Positions 50,371-61,711 are shown, numbered from the whole stretch's first letter. The stretch: 61,969 nt of DNA, filler included, from Globobulimina sp. (GCA_003354225.1; 28 parts of 28 records of this genome joined end to end with filler, not necessarily neighbours in it), one strand, 5' to 3'. The notes: generated by a model not told the origin, from the letters alone. Numbers and translations are program-made.

Positions 50371-52224
50371 TTACTGCTGATAATATGCATGTTGATGAAC
50401 GAACCAGTTTTTCAGTCAATACATTGAATAACAGGGTGAACTGATGACACAGCTGCAGCCATGAAAATCTGTCATACCAATCCATGGTCCAAACTTTACA
50501 ACCAAGCTTCAGAAAGTTTTTTAAAGTACTGCACAGTTTATGAACACACGCCAATACCTGCAACTTTGCAAGCCACCATATTTTGTAGAATGTGCTATAT
50601 TCCAATCAATGACTTGTATTTTCCTATTGTGGTACATATCTCTTTTAGACAATAAATCAAAAGAAATTCTGCAACCAGCGACATTGATTACATTTGTGGG
50701 TAAAATAAATCTTGATTTCATTGGCCAAGAAAAGTCCATTGTAAACATTACAAAAATGGGGAATAACAACAACGGAATTTCTTTCGCAGAATGGTATATG
50801 GATGATGGCAATGGGGTATTATCTCAAAATGAACAGGAGCTGCCACATAAATACACATACTGTATCTCTACAATTACAATTGGCTCATCTTGTGNNNNNN
50901 NNNNNNNNNNNNNNNNNNNNNNNNNNNNNNNNNNNNNNTTAATTAATTAANNNNNNNNNNNNNNNNNNNNNNNNNNNNNNNNNNNNNNNNNNNNTAGTTT
51001 TTGTATTTTTGTGTGTTTGTTTTTTTTTTTAATTTTTTCTTTGTATATTTTCGCGTTTATTCTCGCTATTAAGTTTTCATTATCTTTTATTACTATATAG
51101 AATTTTTAAAGTCTGCACCTCGTCAGTAACACATTGCATTTTTTGTGAAAAAAGATTTAGAGGCTCTGCTCGAAATTCTAGGAAACCACATCCTGAGAAT
51201 ATAAGTGATTATGATAAGAATGCAAGTTATTACATTCAGTGGGAACTTAGTGTTTTATTATTTGCAATCCACAATATTTTTATTCTTCCAGAACAGAGGT
51301 ATGTCTTTCAAATGTTGATCGGTTTTTTTGTAAACTTAAATGATGTTTTTTTTAATCTTATATAATGTATGTTTATTACCATGACCTTGAATTCATCAAC
51401 ATTAGTAACAGTTCTGTTTTTTATTTGTTTGAACTCTATGAACAAAGGGGCTGTGGTGCATGTATTGTCAAAACATTAAACAGAAGACTGGGTTATCATG
51501 TTTTTGCAACCACATTAGTAAAACAAAAGATTAATCAGTATCGTCTATTAAGTTATGAAGAATTTTGTTCTTTAAAAATACAGAAACGTTATGATTTTAT
51601 TTGTCGCAAGATTGAGATAGCAGTGAACCATAATGGTACAAAAAAACAGTTAGTAAGACTCATTGCGAAAGCAAAAACTATTCAAAAAACCAAATTTGAT
51701 AATTTTGATTCATCAACTTATAATGTTAAATGGAATTCAATAAAATGTGTGCAGAAATACAAGTTATGTTACGTTAATTCGAAATGTTTTTTCAAAAAAA
51801 AATAAAATTGATTTTCACATAAAAGTAAATTTGTTGACGAATCAGAAACATTATTTTGTTATCGTTCACCTTTACTTGAAGTTAATATAAGTAATGAAGA
51901 AACTAATATAAATTATGTGTCTGCTGGATTAGAATCAGAACATGCCTCAGAATTAGAATTAAAAACTGATACATATATTGAGTCTAGTGACATTGTAGTA
52001 AACAATGCAAATTACTCACATTCAAGTACTAATTCAAATTCAGATATAAACAAAAATAAAAATAAACAAAATGATAAAACTGAATTAGAAGATGAAGATG
52101 ATGAAGAATCAAAAAAAGAAGAAAATAAAGAAGAAAACGATAATAACAAAAATGTTAGATCATTGTCAAACATAATTTTTTTAATGTTTAAACTTGCGTT
52201 TCGTTTTACTTAGTTGTATTTTTA

Positions 52225-53109
52225 ATGTTTAAGATTACTGACGAATTTGGTGAACAATATGAACGCATGCTCCAAGAAAAAAGTGTGAAAAAAAAAGAAC
52301 TTTCAAAAAAACATTATAGATTAAAAAAAGGGAAAAGCAATGCAAAAAACAATTTTGTATCTTATTGGAAATTTAGTGATTATGATTGTTATATTTTATG
52401 TTTGAATACTCGCCACCAAATTAGACAAATGGCAGAGGAGTGCGAACTTTCTCAACCCAAAATGTTTTTTTTTTGGAATAGAATGTTTACATATGATTCT
52501 TTTGATATTCAATCCAAACTTTTTGGTGTTCCTACTTCAACTTTACATCGGTGGTTTGTTGTAACCCGTAAAAAATTGCTAAGTTGGGCCACAAAAAGAC
52601 TCATCAATGATGGTCTTGACAAAGATCAACATTGGACTACAGAAAGAATTATTATGAATACACCACAATTTTTGATTCGTATTCATGGTTGCAAAAATCC
52701 TATGCTTACTATGGACGGGACGTATATCGCAACTCAACAAACTAATGAACATCATGGTTTACGTAAACTTATGTGGTCTGGTCATAAACATTATACATTA
52801 TGTAAACCACATTTAACATGTACACTTACAGGTTTGCTTACATGGATTTTAGGCTTTGAGAGTAAAGTAAAAAGACAATTTACATATCTAGGCAAAGTTG
52901 TTCATGTAATAACATGTTTTGGAAATGGTTCTCATGGTGATACACAAATTTACAATGCAATGTTTAACAAAACATATTTTGAGAGATGTTTAAATGATCC
53001 AGGTTGGGACGGGTGTGTTTGGACAAAATCTCAGCTTAAAGAATTACAATGGTTACATAACATTTGGGGTGAAAATGGTATTACATTAAATGATAATGGA
53101 TATCATACA
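52225..53109 (+). mobile_element. PIF/Harbinger-ISL2EU-type DDE transposase (DDE_Tnp_4), truncated; upstream ORFs 51365-52213 may be further exons
   Basis: HTH LFGVPTSTLHRWF; DGTYI...MWSGHKHYTLCK...HGDTQI...NDNGY. Confidence 0.75.
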
Positions 53110-53238
53110 NNNNNNNNNNNNNNNNNNNNNNNNNNNNNNNNNNNNNNNNNNNNTTAATTAATTAANNNNNNNNNNNNNNNNNNNNNNNNNNNNNNNNNNN
53201 NNNNNNNNNTCACCATACCTCGCAAATAAATGCACGCG

Positions 53239-54255
53239 TTACGACCCTTCAAAATAAACCGCATACAATCGTCCATTCTGTGGACATAAAATTTGAGATT
53301 TCTGTATCTTTCCACTGTCCATATCAAGTATATATATTCCGTTTAATTCTTGTCTTTTATTAGTACCACTAAACAGTTGATTCAATGTAATCTGATCAGT
53401 TCTCAATATTTGATCCACTCTCTCCACAAAACGCGAACCCACTGTCTTCATACCATAACCACCAAAAATTATAATATATTGTTGCTGATAAAAGATAGCC
53501 CCAAATTCCTGCAATTGTTGGTAAGGCAATTTTATTAACGATTTGATCCACCAATATCCCGTGGCTTTGTTTGATGGATAGGACAATGTCCAGATTTGGT
53601 CGGTGCCATTGGGGCCTAACAAAATAAATTGTTTTTGTTTGACGGAAAATAGAATCTCTGTGGCAATTAATTGCTTATTGATTGTTTGTTGGATAATATT
53701 GGATGTTTCTGCAACTCGGACAAAGCGTTTTTGATTTGTGGCCCATTTGAGATGTTTGTTATTGAGTGAACCGCCAAAGATATGATACTCATTCCATGGT
53801 TCTGGTATATACGTTGATATTATCTGTTTCCCGGCGGTGACTATATTGCGATTGCCGGTATGCCGTCCTTTGGATATCGATTTTTTGATGTTAACTATTT
53901 TGGGTCGATCGCCATTTAAATCAAATTCAAAGACAGCATATGTGCGCTCCGCTTTTGTGCCATCGAATAAATATAAATATTTATAGTCTGAGGATATACT
54001 GATTGTATGATTTGATAACTTCAAATCTGGATATTGGCCTAATTTAAAATATTCATCTTGTTCGATATCAAAACCAACGCATCTTCCGTCTTGATGGCCA
54101 GATATAATTATTATAAATTTTTTGCCATTTTGCGTGATCAGAGAAACTGGCTTTGGATACACGTATTTTAAAGGTAAGGTGGGTTTGGGGATAATCACTC
54201 GTTTGGTGTTTTCTTGTGAGTCGTCCAGTTTAACATCAACTAATCCGGTAGCCAT
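53239..54255 (-). CDS. Kelch-like beta-propeller protein
   Basis: YHIFGG, IIIFGG, IYILDM...IKLP motifs. Confidence 0.65.
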   Translation of the reverse strand: MATGLVDVKLDDSQENTKRVIIPKPTLPLKYVYPKPVSLITQNGKKFIIIISGHQDGRCVGFDIEQDEYFKLGQYPDLKLSNHTISISSDYKYLYLFDGTKAERTYAVFEFDLNGDRPKIVNIKKSISKGRHTGNRNIVTAGKQIISTYIPEPWNEYHIFGGSLNNKHLKWATNQKRFVRVAETSNIIQQTINKQLIATEILFSVKQKQFILLGPNGTDQIWTLSYPSNKATGYWWIKSLIKLPYQQLQEFGAIFYQQQYIIIFGGYGMKTVGSRFVERVDQILRTDQITLNQLFSGTNKRQELNGIYILDMDSGKIQKSQILCPQNGRLYAVYFEGS

Positions 54256-54317
54256 TCAAAGACTAAAATTTTTGAACAAAAAGATTTATTTCAACCATCC
54301 TTGCACACAAACTGCAA

Positions 54318-55324
54318 ATGCATACAATACCTGCAACCAAGCGGGCATTGCTACCTTCGATACAAGGAAAGATTTTAATCACTAATTTACATGAATTAAC
54401 AGACGATAAAATATTATATGACACATTTTCTATATTTGGTAATATATTTGATTGCAAAGTGGTAATTGATGAAGAAACCGGCAAAAGTAAAGGTTATGCC
54501 TATGTCCATTATACTGAAGATACTGCCGCAAGGAAAGCCAGTGAAGGAGTTTAGTACACATTTTTAATTATATATATAAATTATAACATTACTCTCACAA
54601 ATTTGTAGATCAATGGTCTGACGATTTGTGGTTGTAAAATCAATGCACATTTATTGAATATCGGTGATGAGATCGCTTTGTGGTTAACCAATAAAGTTGG
54701 ATTACCTCAATATATCAACTTGTTTCTGGAGCATGGTGTCGAAGACATGGAAACTGTTCAATTGTTAGATATCAATGATATAAAACAAGAAATAGGAATT
54801 ACAAACATCAAACATCTCGATCGAATTATGCGATGTATTGAAAAATTCAATCGGCAGGAAATAATGCAACAATTTGCTGTTGACATTGATAACTTTATCA
54901 ACTTAATTTTACCAAATCACCAAGAAACACTGATTCGACAGTCAATGTTTCAATATATCACAGACTGTGTTTCTGATTTACAAGCAAAGCTTTCGACCAC
55001 TAAGCATTCCAACAATATACGTCTGAAAGCTTGCAAATTTGGCTCAGAATTATGGAATGTATCCTGCCGTGGCAGTGACTTGGATGTTGCCATCGCAGTC
55101 AACTTCAAAAACTTCCGCAATGATAAACAAAAATTATTGGATGATTTATTACAAATTATCACTGAAAACAATTCCAAGGAAGACATCGATGGATCATATG
55201 TAATCCACGCAGATTATGTAAAATTATTAAATGCAACCTATCCAATTGTTCGTTTGCAGCATAAAATATGGAAGATTGAGATGGATATTTCCGTCGCAGA
55301 CCGATATTGTATACCAACCAACCT
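54318..55324 (+). CDS. RRM-SAM-Pol-beta nucleotidyltransferase (Cid1/TUTase/Trf4-like), 3' truncated; intron 54549-54608
   Basis: RRM KSKGYAYVHY; SAM WLTNKVGLPQYINLFLEHGV..L...LDINDIKQEIGI; NTase FGS...SDLDVAI and PIVRL...EMDISV. Confidence 0.82.
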
Positions 55325-55424
55325 NNNNNNNNNNNNNNNNNNNNNNNNNNNNNNNNNNNNNNNNNNNNTTAATTAATTAANNNNNNNNNNNNNNNNNNNN
55401 NNNNNNNNNNNNNNNNNNNNNNNN

Positions 55425-55984
55425 TTATCATTATAAAATTGATTCGGTTGCAATGGTTGATCTGCATCAAAAAAAATAAATTGATTTATTTCTTTTTGTC
55501 TTCTATGATCGGTATCTCTTGCTTTTAAAAACGGCAATTTCTCCTTTTCGTCTTTTCCAAATCCAAATTTCTCCGCATTCCATGTTTCATTTTGGTTTTC
55601 TGTCCGTCCATAATCACACCATAACATTAACTCATTCACCAAATGAATCCATCTCATTTTGCGTAAATCAAAGATCAACGTTGTATTATTTGCATCATTT
55701 AATAATATCGACATTTTTGGTGGTTCATCTCTTTCGTGCATGTCGTCGTCAATTTGACATTTATTAATTGTATCCATAGTAAATTTATCCATGGCGATAG
55801 TTCTTCGAAACCAACGTGCATTCGATGCTTGAGGCAATAATGGATTCCATTCAACTTTTACCGATTTACAATGTGATAAATCCAACTTGTTTTTACGTCC
55901 TTTATAATATTGTGATGCTTTGGAAGAGACATCGCTCCAAATACGTTTTTTATAGGCTAAGACAGGTGATAACCGTTGGGACAT
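55425..55984 (-). CDS. Mitochondrial ribosomal protein mL53-like
   Basis: KSVKVEWNPL...NARWF...NKCQI...PPKMSILLND; basic presequence-like N-terminus. Confidence 0.6.
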
Positions 55985-56024
55985 GTTTTAGTTAGAAAGC
56001 AGACTGACAGTTTTTATTCTAACC

Positions 56025-57389
56025 ATGTCAGCAGAGCAACCATTAAATATATCGCAACATGTAACAATGGTGCAGACACTCATGGAGCAATATTCACAAC
56101 TAATGCGGTCATTCGATTCTCGATTGACTTCGTTAGAAAATTCAATGAAAAATTGTCAATGTTTAATCCGTCAAATGCAACAAACAGATTTACAATTAAG
56201 TCAACGAGTACAATTACTGGAAAATAGCAATGATAATAATAACAAACAGTCTGAAGAAAATAACAATAATAAGTGCGAATTGGAAGAAACGGAATTGGAT
56301 TTATCTGATTCATCCACTTTGAATGACAACATTAATCACAACAATAATACATCAATTTCGCCCACATCTATGCCAATTTTAGAGGCTGGCACAGAAATTG
56401 AAAAGGAAAATCTGTCGCCTTCGCTGGTCGATGATAATAACAACAAACTGGATGTGTTACAATTATTTGGTTTAGAATCGACGCAAGAAGAAAAAAATGA
56501 TAATTACATTGATGAGGAGGTATTGTTTTCATCATTTGAGTCCACGCACACATTGGTACAGCAAGCCATGGCGCAGAATGATTTTGAGACAGCGTTGGAA
56601 CATTCAAAAGATGCATTTGAAGAATTAAATAAATATCTTGATTGTGACACTAATATAGATAATATTCCACAACATAAGAAACATATCGTTTCTGTGGCGG
56701 TTTGTAATGAAGCAATTTGTTTTGGGACATTGAAACAATTTAAATCCGCATTAATTGCAATAAATAAATGTATATTAATTCAACCAAATTGGTTCAAACC
56801 CTATTCAACAATGGGTGCAATATATGCGTTGCAAAAAGAATATGAAAAAGCTATCAATGCGTATAAAAAAGCAATGCAACTATGCCAAGAAAATGATATT
56901 CATATTGATACAAGAAATAAAATACAAAGGAGATATAAAATGGTGTTGGATCGGATGGATAATAATTCAAGCAATAATAATAAAAAAAGAAAACTGACAA
57001 ATAATGTATTGGACGAATCACCGGCGAAAAGAGCGAAATATAATGATAATTATAATATAAATACGGATATTGATAGGAGAATAAAGCAAATTAAAGATAA
57101 ATTGTCAGAGAAAACTGTTTCTGAATTGGGGATGATGTGTGACATAAATGGACAAAAGAAGAGTGGGCGAAAGAATGAATTAATTGAACGAGTGGCGGAT
57201 GGGATTATTTTTGGTGCCATGCCACGATGTCCAATGTGTGCGAATAAATTCTTGAGTTATAATAAAAATACAGGATATTATAAATGCAATGGCCGGTTTG
57301 ATATAACGTTGAAGAAACGTGTTCCGTGTGATTTTCATTCAAAAGATATTCAACGAAAACCTTGGGCGACAATAAGGAAAACGACTTGA
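56025..57389 (+). CDS. Coiled-coil + TPR + SAP + PADR1 zinc-ribbon protein
   Basis: TPR (PNWFKPYSTMGAIYALQKEYEKAINAYKKAM); SAP TVSELGMMC...SGRKNELIERV; PADR1 ADGIIFGAMPRCPMC...YKCNG...C. Confidence 0.8.
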   Translation: MSAEQPLNISQHVTMVQTLMEQYSQLMRSFDSRLTSLENSMKNCQCLIRQMQQTDLQLSQRVQLLENSNDNNNKQSEENNNNKCELEETELDLSDSSTLNDNINHNNNTSISPTSMPILEAGTEIEKENLSPSLVDDNNNKLDVLQLFGLESTQEEKNDNYIDEEVLFSSFESTHTLVQQAMAQNDFETALEHSKDAFEELNKYLDCDTNIDNIPQHKKHIVSVAVCNEAICFGTLKQFKSALIAINKCILIQPNWFKPYSTMGAIYALQKEYEKAINAYKKAMQLCQENDIHIDTRNKIQRRYKMVLDRMDNNSSNNNKKRKLTNNVLDESPAKRAKYNDNYNINTDIDRRIKQIKDKLSEKTVSELGMMCDINGQKKSGRKNELIERVADGIIFGAMPRCPMCANKFLSYNKNTGYYKCNGRFDITLKKRVPCDFHSKDIQRKPWATIRKTT

Positions 57390-57933
57390 CTTAAATTATT
57401 AATTAATTTAATTTGTAACAATGTATGCCAAAGCAAAATTTAATTGTCACTCGACACTCGTTGGATTTGCCAGGTCATACTCTTAAAAAAAATATTATTA
57501 AAAACGTTTTGTGATAGTATTTGATCATGGCAGATAATCNNNNNNNNNNNNNNNNNNNNNNNNNNNNNNNNNNNNNNNNNNNNTTAATTAATTAANNNNN
57601 NNNNNNNNNNNNNNNNNNNNNNNNNNNNNNNNNNNNNNNATATTCAACAAATACATAATATAATATTGGATTTCTAGATTTTTTTATCATATGAACGCCT
57701 TGTTACTATGTTCAAATATGAATCCCAAAATATGCGGTTTTTCACAAGTGTGCCCTATTAAGTCAAGAATACTAATATTAAAGTAAAAAAACTGTGACAT
57801 CGTGTTAGAGAATCTTGTTTGTTGTAACATTGGTGGACGAATCTTAGAAAATTTAATCCCGTGATGTGGAAATGATCATTTTCAACTATTATGTATAATT
57901 AATGATAAGTTTACAAAGCAAATATTAATTATA

Positions 57934-58849
57934 TTATGCAATTTCAATATCAGCAAATACAGCTAATCCTTTCCCATCACAATCGCCTTGACACCCCGTC
58001 ATTCCATCCAACCATGACATTCCACTGTAGGTAGATCCCCAATAGGACATAACCAAAGTCATACCATAATCCAATGCCCTATCCATGTTTGACACATAGC
58101 CGCCATTACTACACGCATCAAATTCAAATGAATTACTTCCCTGAGTCAACTTTACATGCATTGTTGAACCAAAACGCACTGAATATCTAAATGGAGCATT
58201 TGTATTAATTTTACAATTAGAACTCGCGCACATTCCTCCGCTATTTATACGATATGAATTTGTAGCACAGCCTCCTCTGTCACAAGCACTAATATATCCG
58301 CCTGGATTTTGGTCACATGAATGCGGTGTTACCTGCGTAACATATTTATTTGCTTCCATTACATCCATTTCCCAGCACCACTCAGAATTGCCGTCATTGG
58401 CATCACAATAATAATTTCCTGCTTTACCTGGGTTTGCTTGACCATTCGATGAATATCCTGGCATTGTTACAAAATAAAATGCTGAATTACAAGAGCAACC
58501 AATACTGCTTAAATCTACTGTATATGAGACAGTTTTGCCCTTTTTTATTTTGTATATTATGATCATGCTAAAATGTGTATAGATTTATCCATACTATATA
58601 TATATATTTAACTTTTAATTTATATTCAACAAATCCAGCAGCAGTATAATTATTTGCATTATTTTGAATTTGAACTTGACTGTTATGTTGAAGCATTATT
58701 GCTGTTCCATTTGTTTTTGCCAATGGAGTATACGTTGATACTACATATCGGGTTACACTTTGTCCATTTTCTTTGATAGTTATTGGTCCAACGAGAGCAC
58801 CATTTACAACATATGCTGCACAAAAAGCTAATAACAACGGTAACATCAT
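57934..58849 (-). CDS. Secreted GH7 endoglucanase (cellulase); intron 58540-58612
   Basis: Signal peptide; YKLK|GKTVSYTVDLSSIGCSCNSAFY; YCDAN; catalytic CWEMDVMEAN; GMTLVMSYW; MSWLD. Confidence 0.9.
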
Positions 58850-59130
58850 TTTTGTGGGATCGAAAATCTTTCTTCAAACTTTTCTCAATTTTTGCAGTAC
58901 ATTTTGTAGGATCGAAAATCTTTCTTAATCAAAATATAGCACGGTAAATAATTATGTTAATTTTATTTGGTACACACAAATATTAATTTACACGGATTGG
59001 AATGTTTATTTTTTGCAAACTGCAGTATATGCTGCCAATTATGAAACAATTATGAAACAACTCATAATTTGCAGTGATCTTGATACAGTGCGCAATTTAG
59101 CATTTATTATTTGAAATAGCATACTTGTCT

Positions 59131-59754
59131 ATGGACGATTTTATAACCGGAACTTGGAACGGAGACAAAAAGGTTTGGCTTAATAAACATGATTGGTCCT
59201 TTGGTGGTGGTTTGATAAGATTCAAAGTTAATTATTACTTTCTTTCTTCTTGATTTGCAAATAAATTTATCAAAAACACGAACAAAGTATGCCAACAGAA
59301 CAGGGGCAAAAGTGTATAAAGGTCGCAGAGGTTACTTTTCTGACGTTGATGATATGGAGAGTTCCATGGATAGTTCCGATGACATCATTGCAACGTATGT
59401 CGCCCCAACAAATCATTCGAATAAATAGAATCTTATCACCAAGACCAGTTCATCATCAATGGAAATTATACGGTCTCCGCCCACAAATAGCTGCAATAAT
59501 AACAATAAGCGATTGAAGAGATCGAGATCGACATCAATTATAAGTTTGCACTCTGATACTGACTCAGAAGAATATGACGATTTACGTTCGCGTGTCAAAA
59601 GAAGAAAATTAAACAATCAAAACGATACATCCAATCAGGAATTATCTGACGCAAACCAACTATTAAAAACACAGAATGCAAACTTGATAAAAGAGTTAAA
59701 TACAATGCAAGGATATCAATATGAATTGAACAAATTGAGTTTATCCGAGTTATC
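59131..59754 (+). CDS. Hypothetical spliced ORF(s), 3' truncated
   Basis: MDDFITGTWNG..., probable intron ~59227-59287, TAG at 59426 in frame with the downstream coiled-coil ORF 59459-59754. Confidence 0.35.
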
Positions 59755-59861
59755 NNNNNNNNNNNNNNNNNNNNNNNNNNNNNNNNNNNNNNNNNNNNTT
59801 AATTAATTAANNNNNNNNNNNNNNNNNNNNNNNNNNNNNNNNNNNNNNNNNNNNAAAAAAA

Positions 59862-59894
<33 letters not shown>

Positions 59895-60304
59895 TAAAAA
59901 AAAGGAAAAAAAAAAGAATCAAAAAAAAAGGATTCAAATTCACCACTCAGAAGAAGAGGATAAATAAAACAATGCGAATATTTATAAAAAAAAAGAAAAA
60001 GAAGTGAAGTAACTAACTAATGTCTTTTTGATTTGTTGCCGTGATTTGAAAACACTGTGTTTAATAACGGAAAAACAACTTTTGATCATATTTTGGTCAT
60101 TCCTATATTTTGATCATACCACTCATCTTCCTCTTATCCGATACGCCACTGTCAAACGTTAAATGTTTTTAAACAAAAAAACATTAACTTGATTAAATTT
60201 TCTGCAGAACTTTCTTTTGTGTCTTCTGTGGTTGCACTAATATTGAATTTTCTTAATTGAATTTTCTCCAGAACGTTCTTTCGATATTCAGAAACCTCAA
60301 TAAT

Positions 60305-61711
60305 ATGTCCCACAATAAACAATCAACCAATGACGACGGTATTATTCACGCACTGGATACTGTTATGGTCAATGTATTAGAAGATATGGATGCGTTTTTG
60401 CCTCCATTACCGCCATCTTCTTTTGCACATGTTTTACCGATACAGAACAATACAAACCATCCAACAAACCGACTACAATCCATTTGTGCTGATATGTCTC
60501 AACTCAAAATACAACAAATGGCAACATTGGCATCATTAACATTAAATCATTTAAATGTATACAGCAATCAGATAAATAATAATCAGAATCAGAATTTTCC
60601 CAATAATATCAATATGAACGATAATAATCAATATTCATATGGCATAACACCAAATACATCATATAATAGTTTAGCATCGTTGGATACAGTCACAAGTACA
60701 TCGTCTACCAAATATCCACAATGTGCTCCATCAATTCCTTCCATGGATGATGTCAAAGAGAATGTACATAATGAGAATACAGTAAATAATTTATATGGGT
60801 GTTGTACGAAAATACAAGAATTTGAGTCCAGTTCATATATTAAATTACAATTAAAAGATTATGTATTTGTCTCAAAAGATTGTACCCGAAGATTAGGACA
60901 ATACATTGTCAGAGAGAATTGGGGGAAAGACTATGGTCTGTTGTATAAATATTTAGATTACATATTCCGATGTCAAGCATTCAAGAGACAAATTATTGAA
61001 GTTAATGATAAATATTTAATATTTCATAGTGGTTTACAACGTAGATTTGATAATCAATTATTATATGTATTATTAGTACCAAATAAAAAATATGTGTCCC
61101 CGAAATGGAGAACTATTAAAAATTCATTCTTATCAAAACAAGAGATATTATCAAAATTTAGTGAACCATATGTTGTCGAAGAATATTTACCGCAACGAAC
61201 ACGGTTTGCAACCAATTTGTCGCAATTATTATATGATGGAACCTATACTATTGATGTGGACTGGGCAGAGAGATTAATGACAAATAAAGACCGTTTATGT
61301 AAAGTATTAGGAACCACAAAACTCACGAGATTACCAGAATTAGTGGAAGCATTTGACGATGCATTGCGACAAACACAAAGAATCGGTGAAATAAATCCGA
61401 GGGTGGGCGTACCGCAGGGATTTGTTGACAGCAAACATTGTAAATACAGAGTGGAGCTATTGTTGCCGTTAGTCATTGAATTTCCAAGATGTTCTTGTAA
61501 TTATTATGCGTTTGCATTAGCCATTGCCAAATCCAGTGGAACAAATGAAAAGAAATACATTGCAAAATCAATTTTAACATTGGAGATGGCGTATGCTAAT
61601 GCACGATTAGTTGGATATGTGGATAGTTCGTGGCTGCATTATGGTAATAGTAATAATGCTAAAATTAATATGAATATTCATCATTTTTTCTTACAAAATA
61701 ATTCTCCTTGA
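60305..61711 (+). CDS. DUF3825-domain protein with Asn/Gln-rich N-terminal extension
   Basis: ENWG...LLYKYLDYIF, IFHSGL, LLLPL, SILTLEMAYANARLV match the DUF3825 consensus as recalled. Confidence 0.78.
   Translation: MSHNKQSTNDDGIIHALDTVMVNVLEDMDAFLPPLPPSSFAHVLPIQNNTNHPTNRLQSICADMSQLKIQQMATLASLTLNHLNVYSNQINNNQNQNFPNNINMNDNNQYSYGITPNTSYNSLASLDTVTSTSSTKYPQCAPSIPSMDDVKENVHNENTVNNLYGCCTKIQEFESSSYIKLQLKDYVFVSKDCTRRLGQYIVRENWGKDYGLLYKYLDYIFRCQAFKRQIIEVNDKYLIFHSGLQRRFDNQLLYVLLVPNKKYVSPKWRTIKNSFLSKQEILSKFSEPYVVEEYLPQRTRFATNLSQLLYDGTYTIDVDWAERLMTNKDRLCKVLGTTKLTRLPELVEAFDDALRQTQRIGEINPRVGVPQGFVDSKHCKYRVELLLPLVIEFPRCSCNYYAFALAIAKSSGTNEKKYIAKSILTLEMAYANARLVGYVDSSWLHYGNSNNAKINMNIHHFFLQNNSP

Larger units (their letters stand above)
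2119..59854. other. 27 artificial 100-bp contig spacers (44N-TTAATTAATTAA-44N); first at 2119-2218, last at 59755-59854
   Basis: Identical spacer recurs every ~2217 bp; the core gives stops in all six frames; contig lengths fall monotonically from 2118 to 2115 bp. Confidence 0.99.

Noticed and set aside
2119..59854. Regularly spaced TTAATTAATTAA repeats resembling a CRISPR-like or genomic array
   Set aside because: Embedded in fixed N runs; artificial six-frame-stop contig spacers
59855..60000. Poly-A tract as a retroposon tail or poly(A) site
   Set aside because: At a contig edge and irregular; likely low-quality homopolymer sequence, with no associated element
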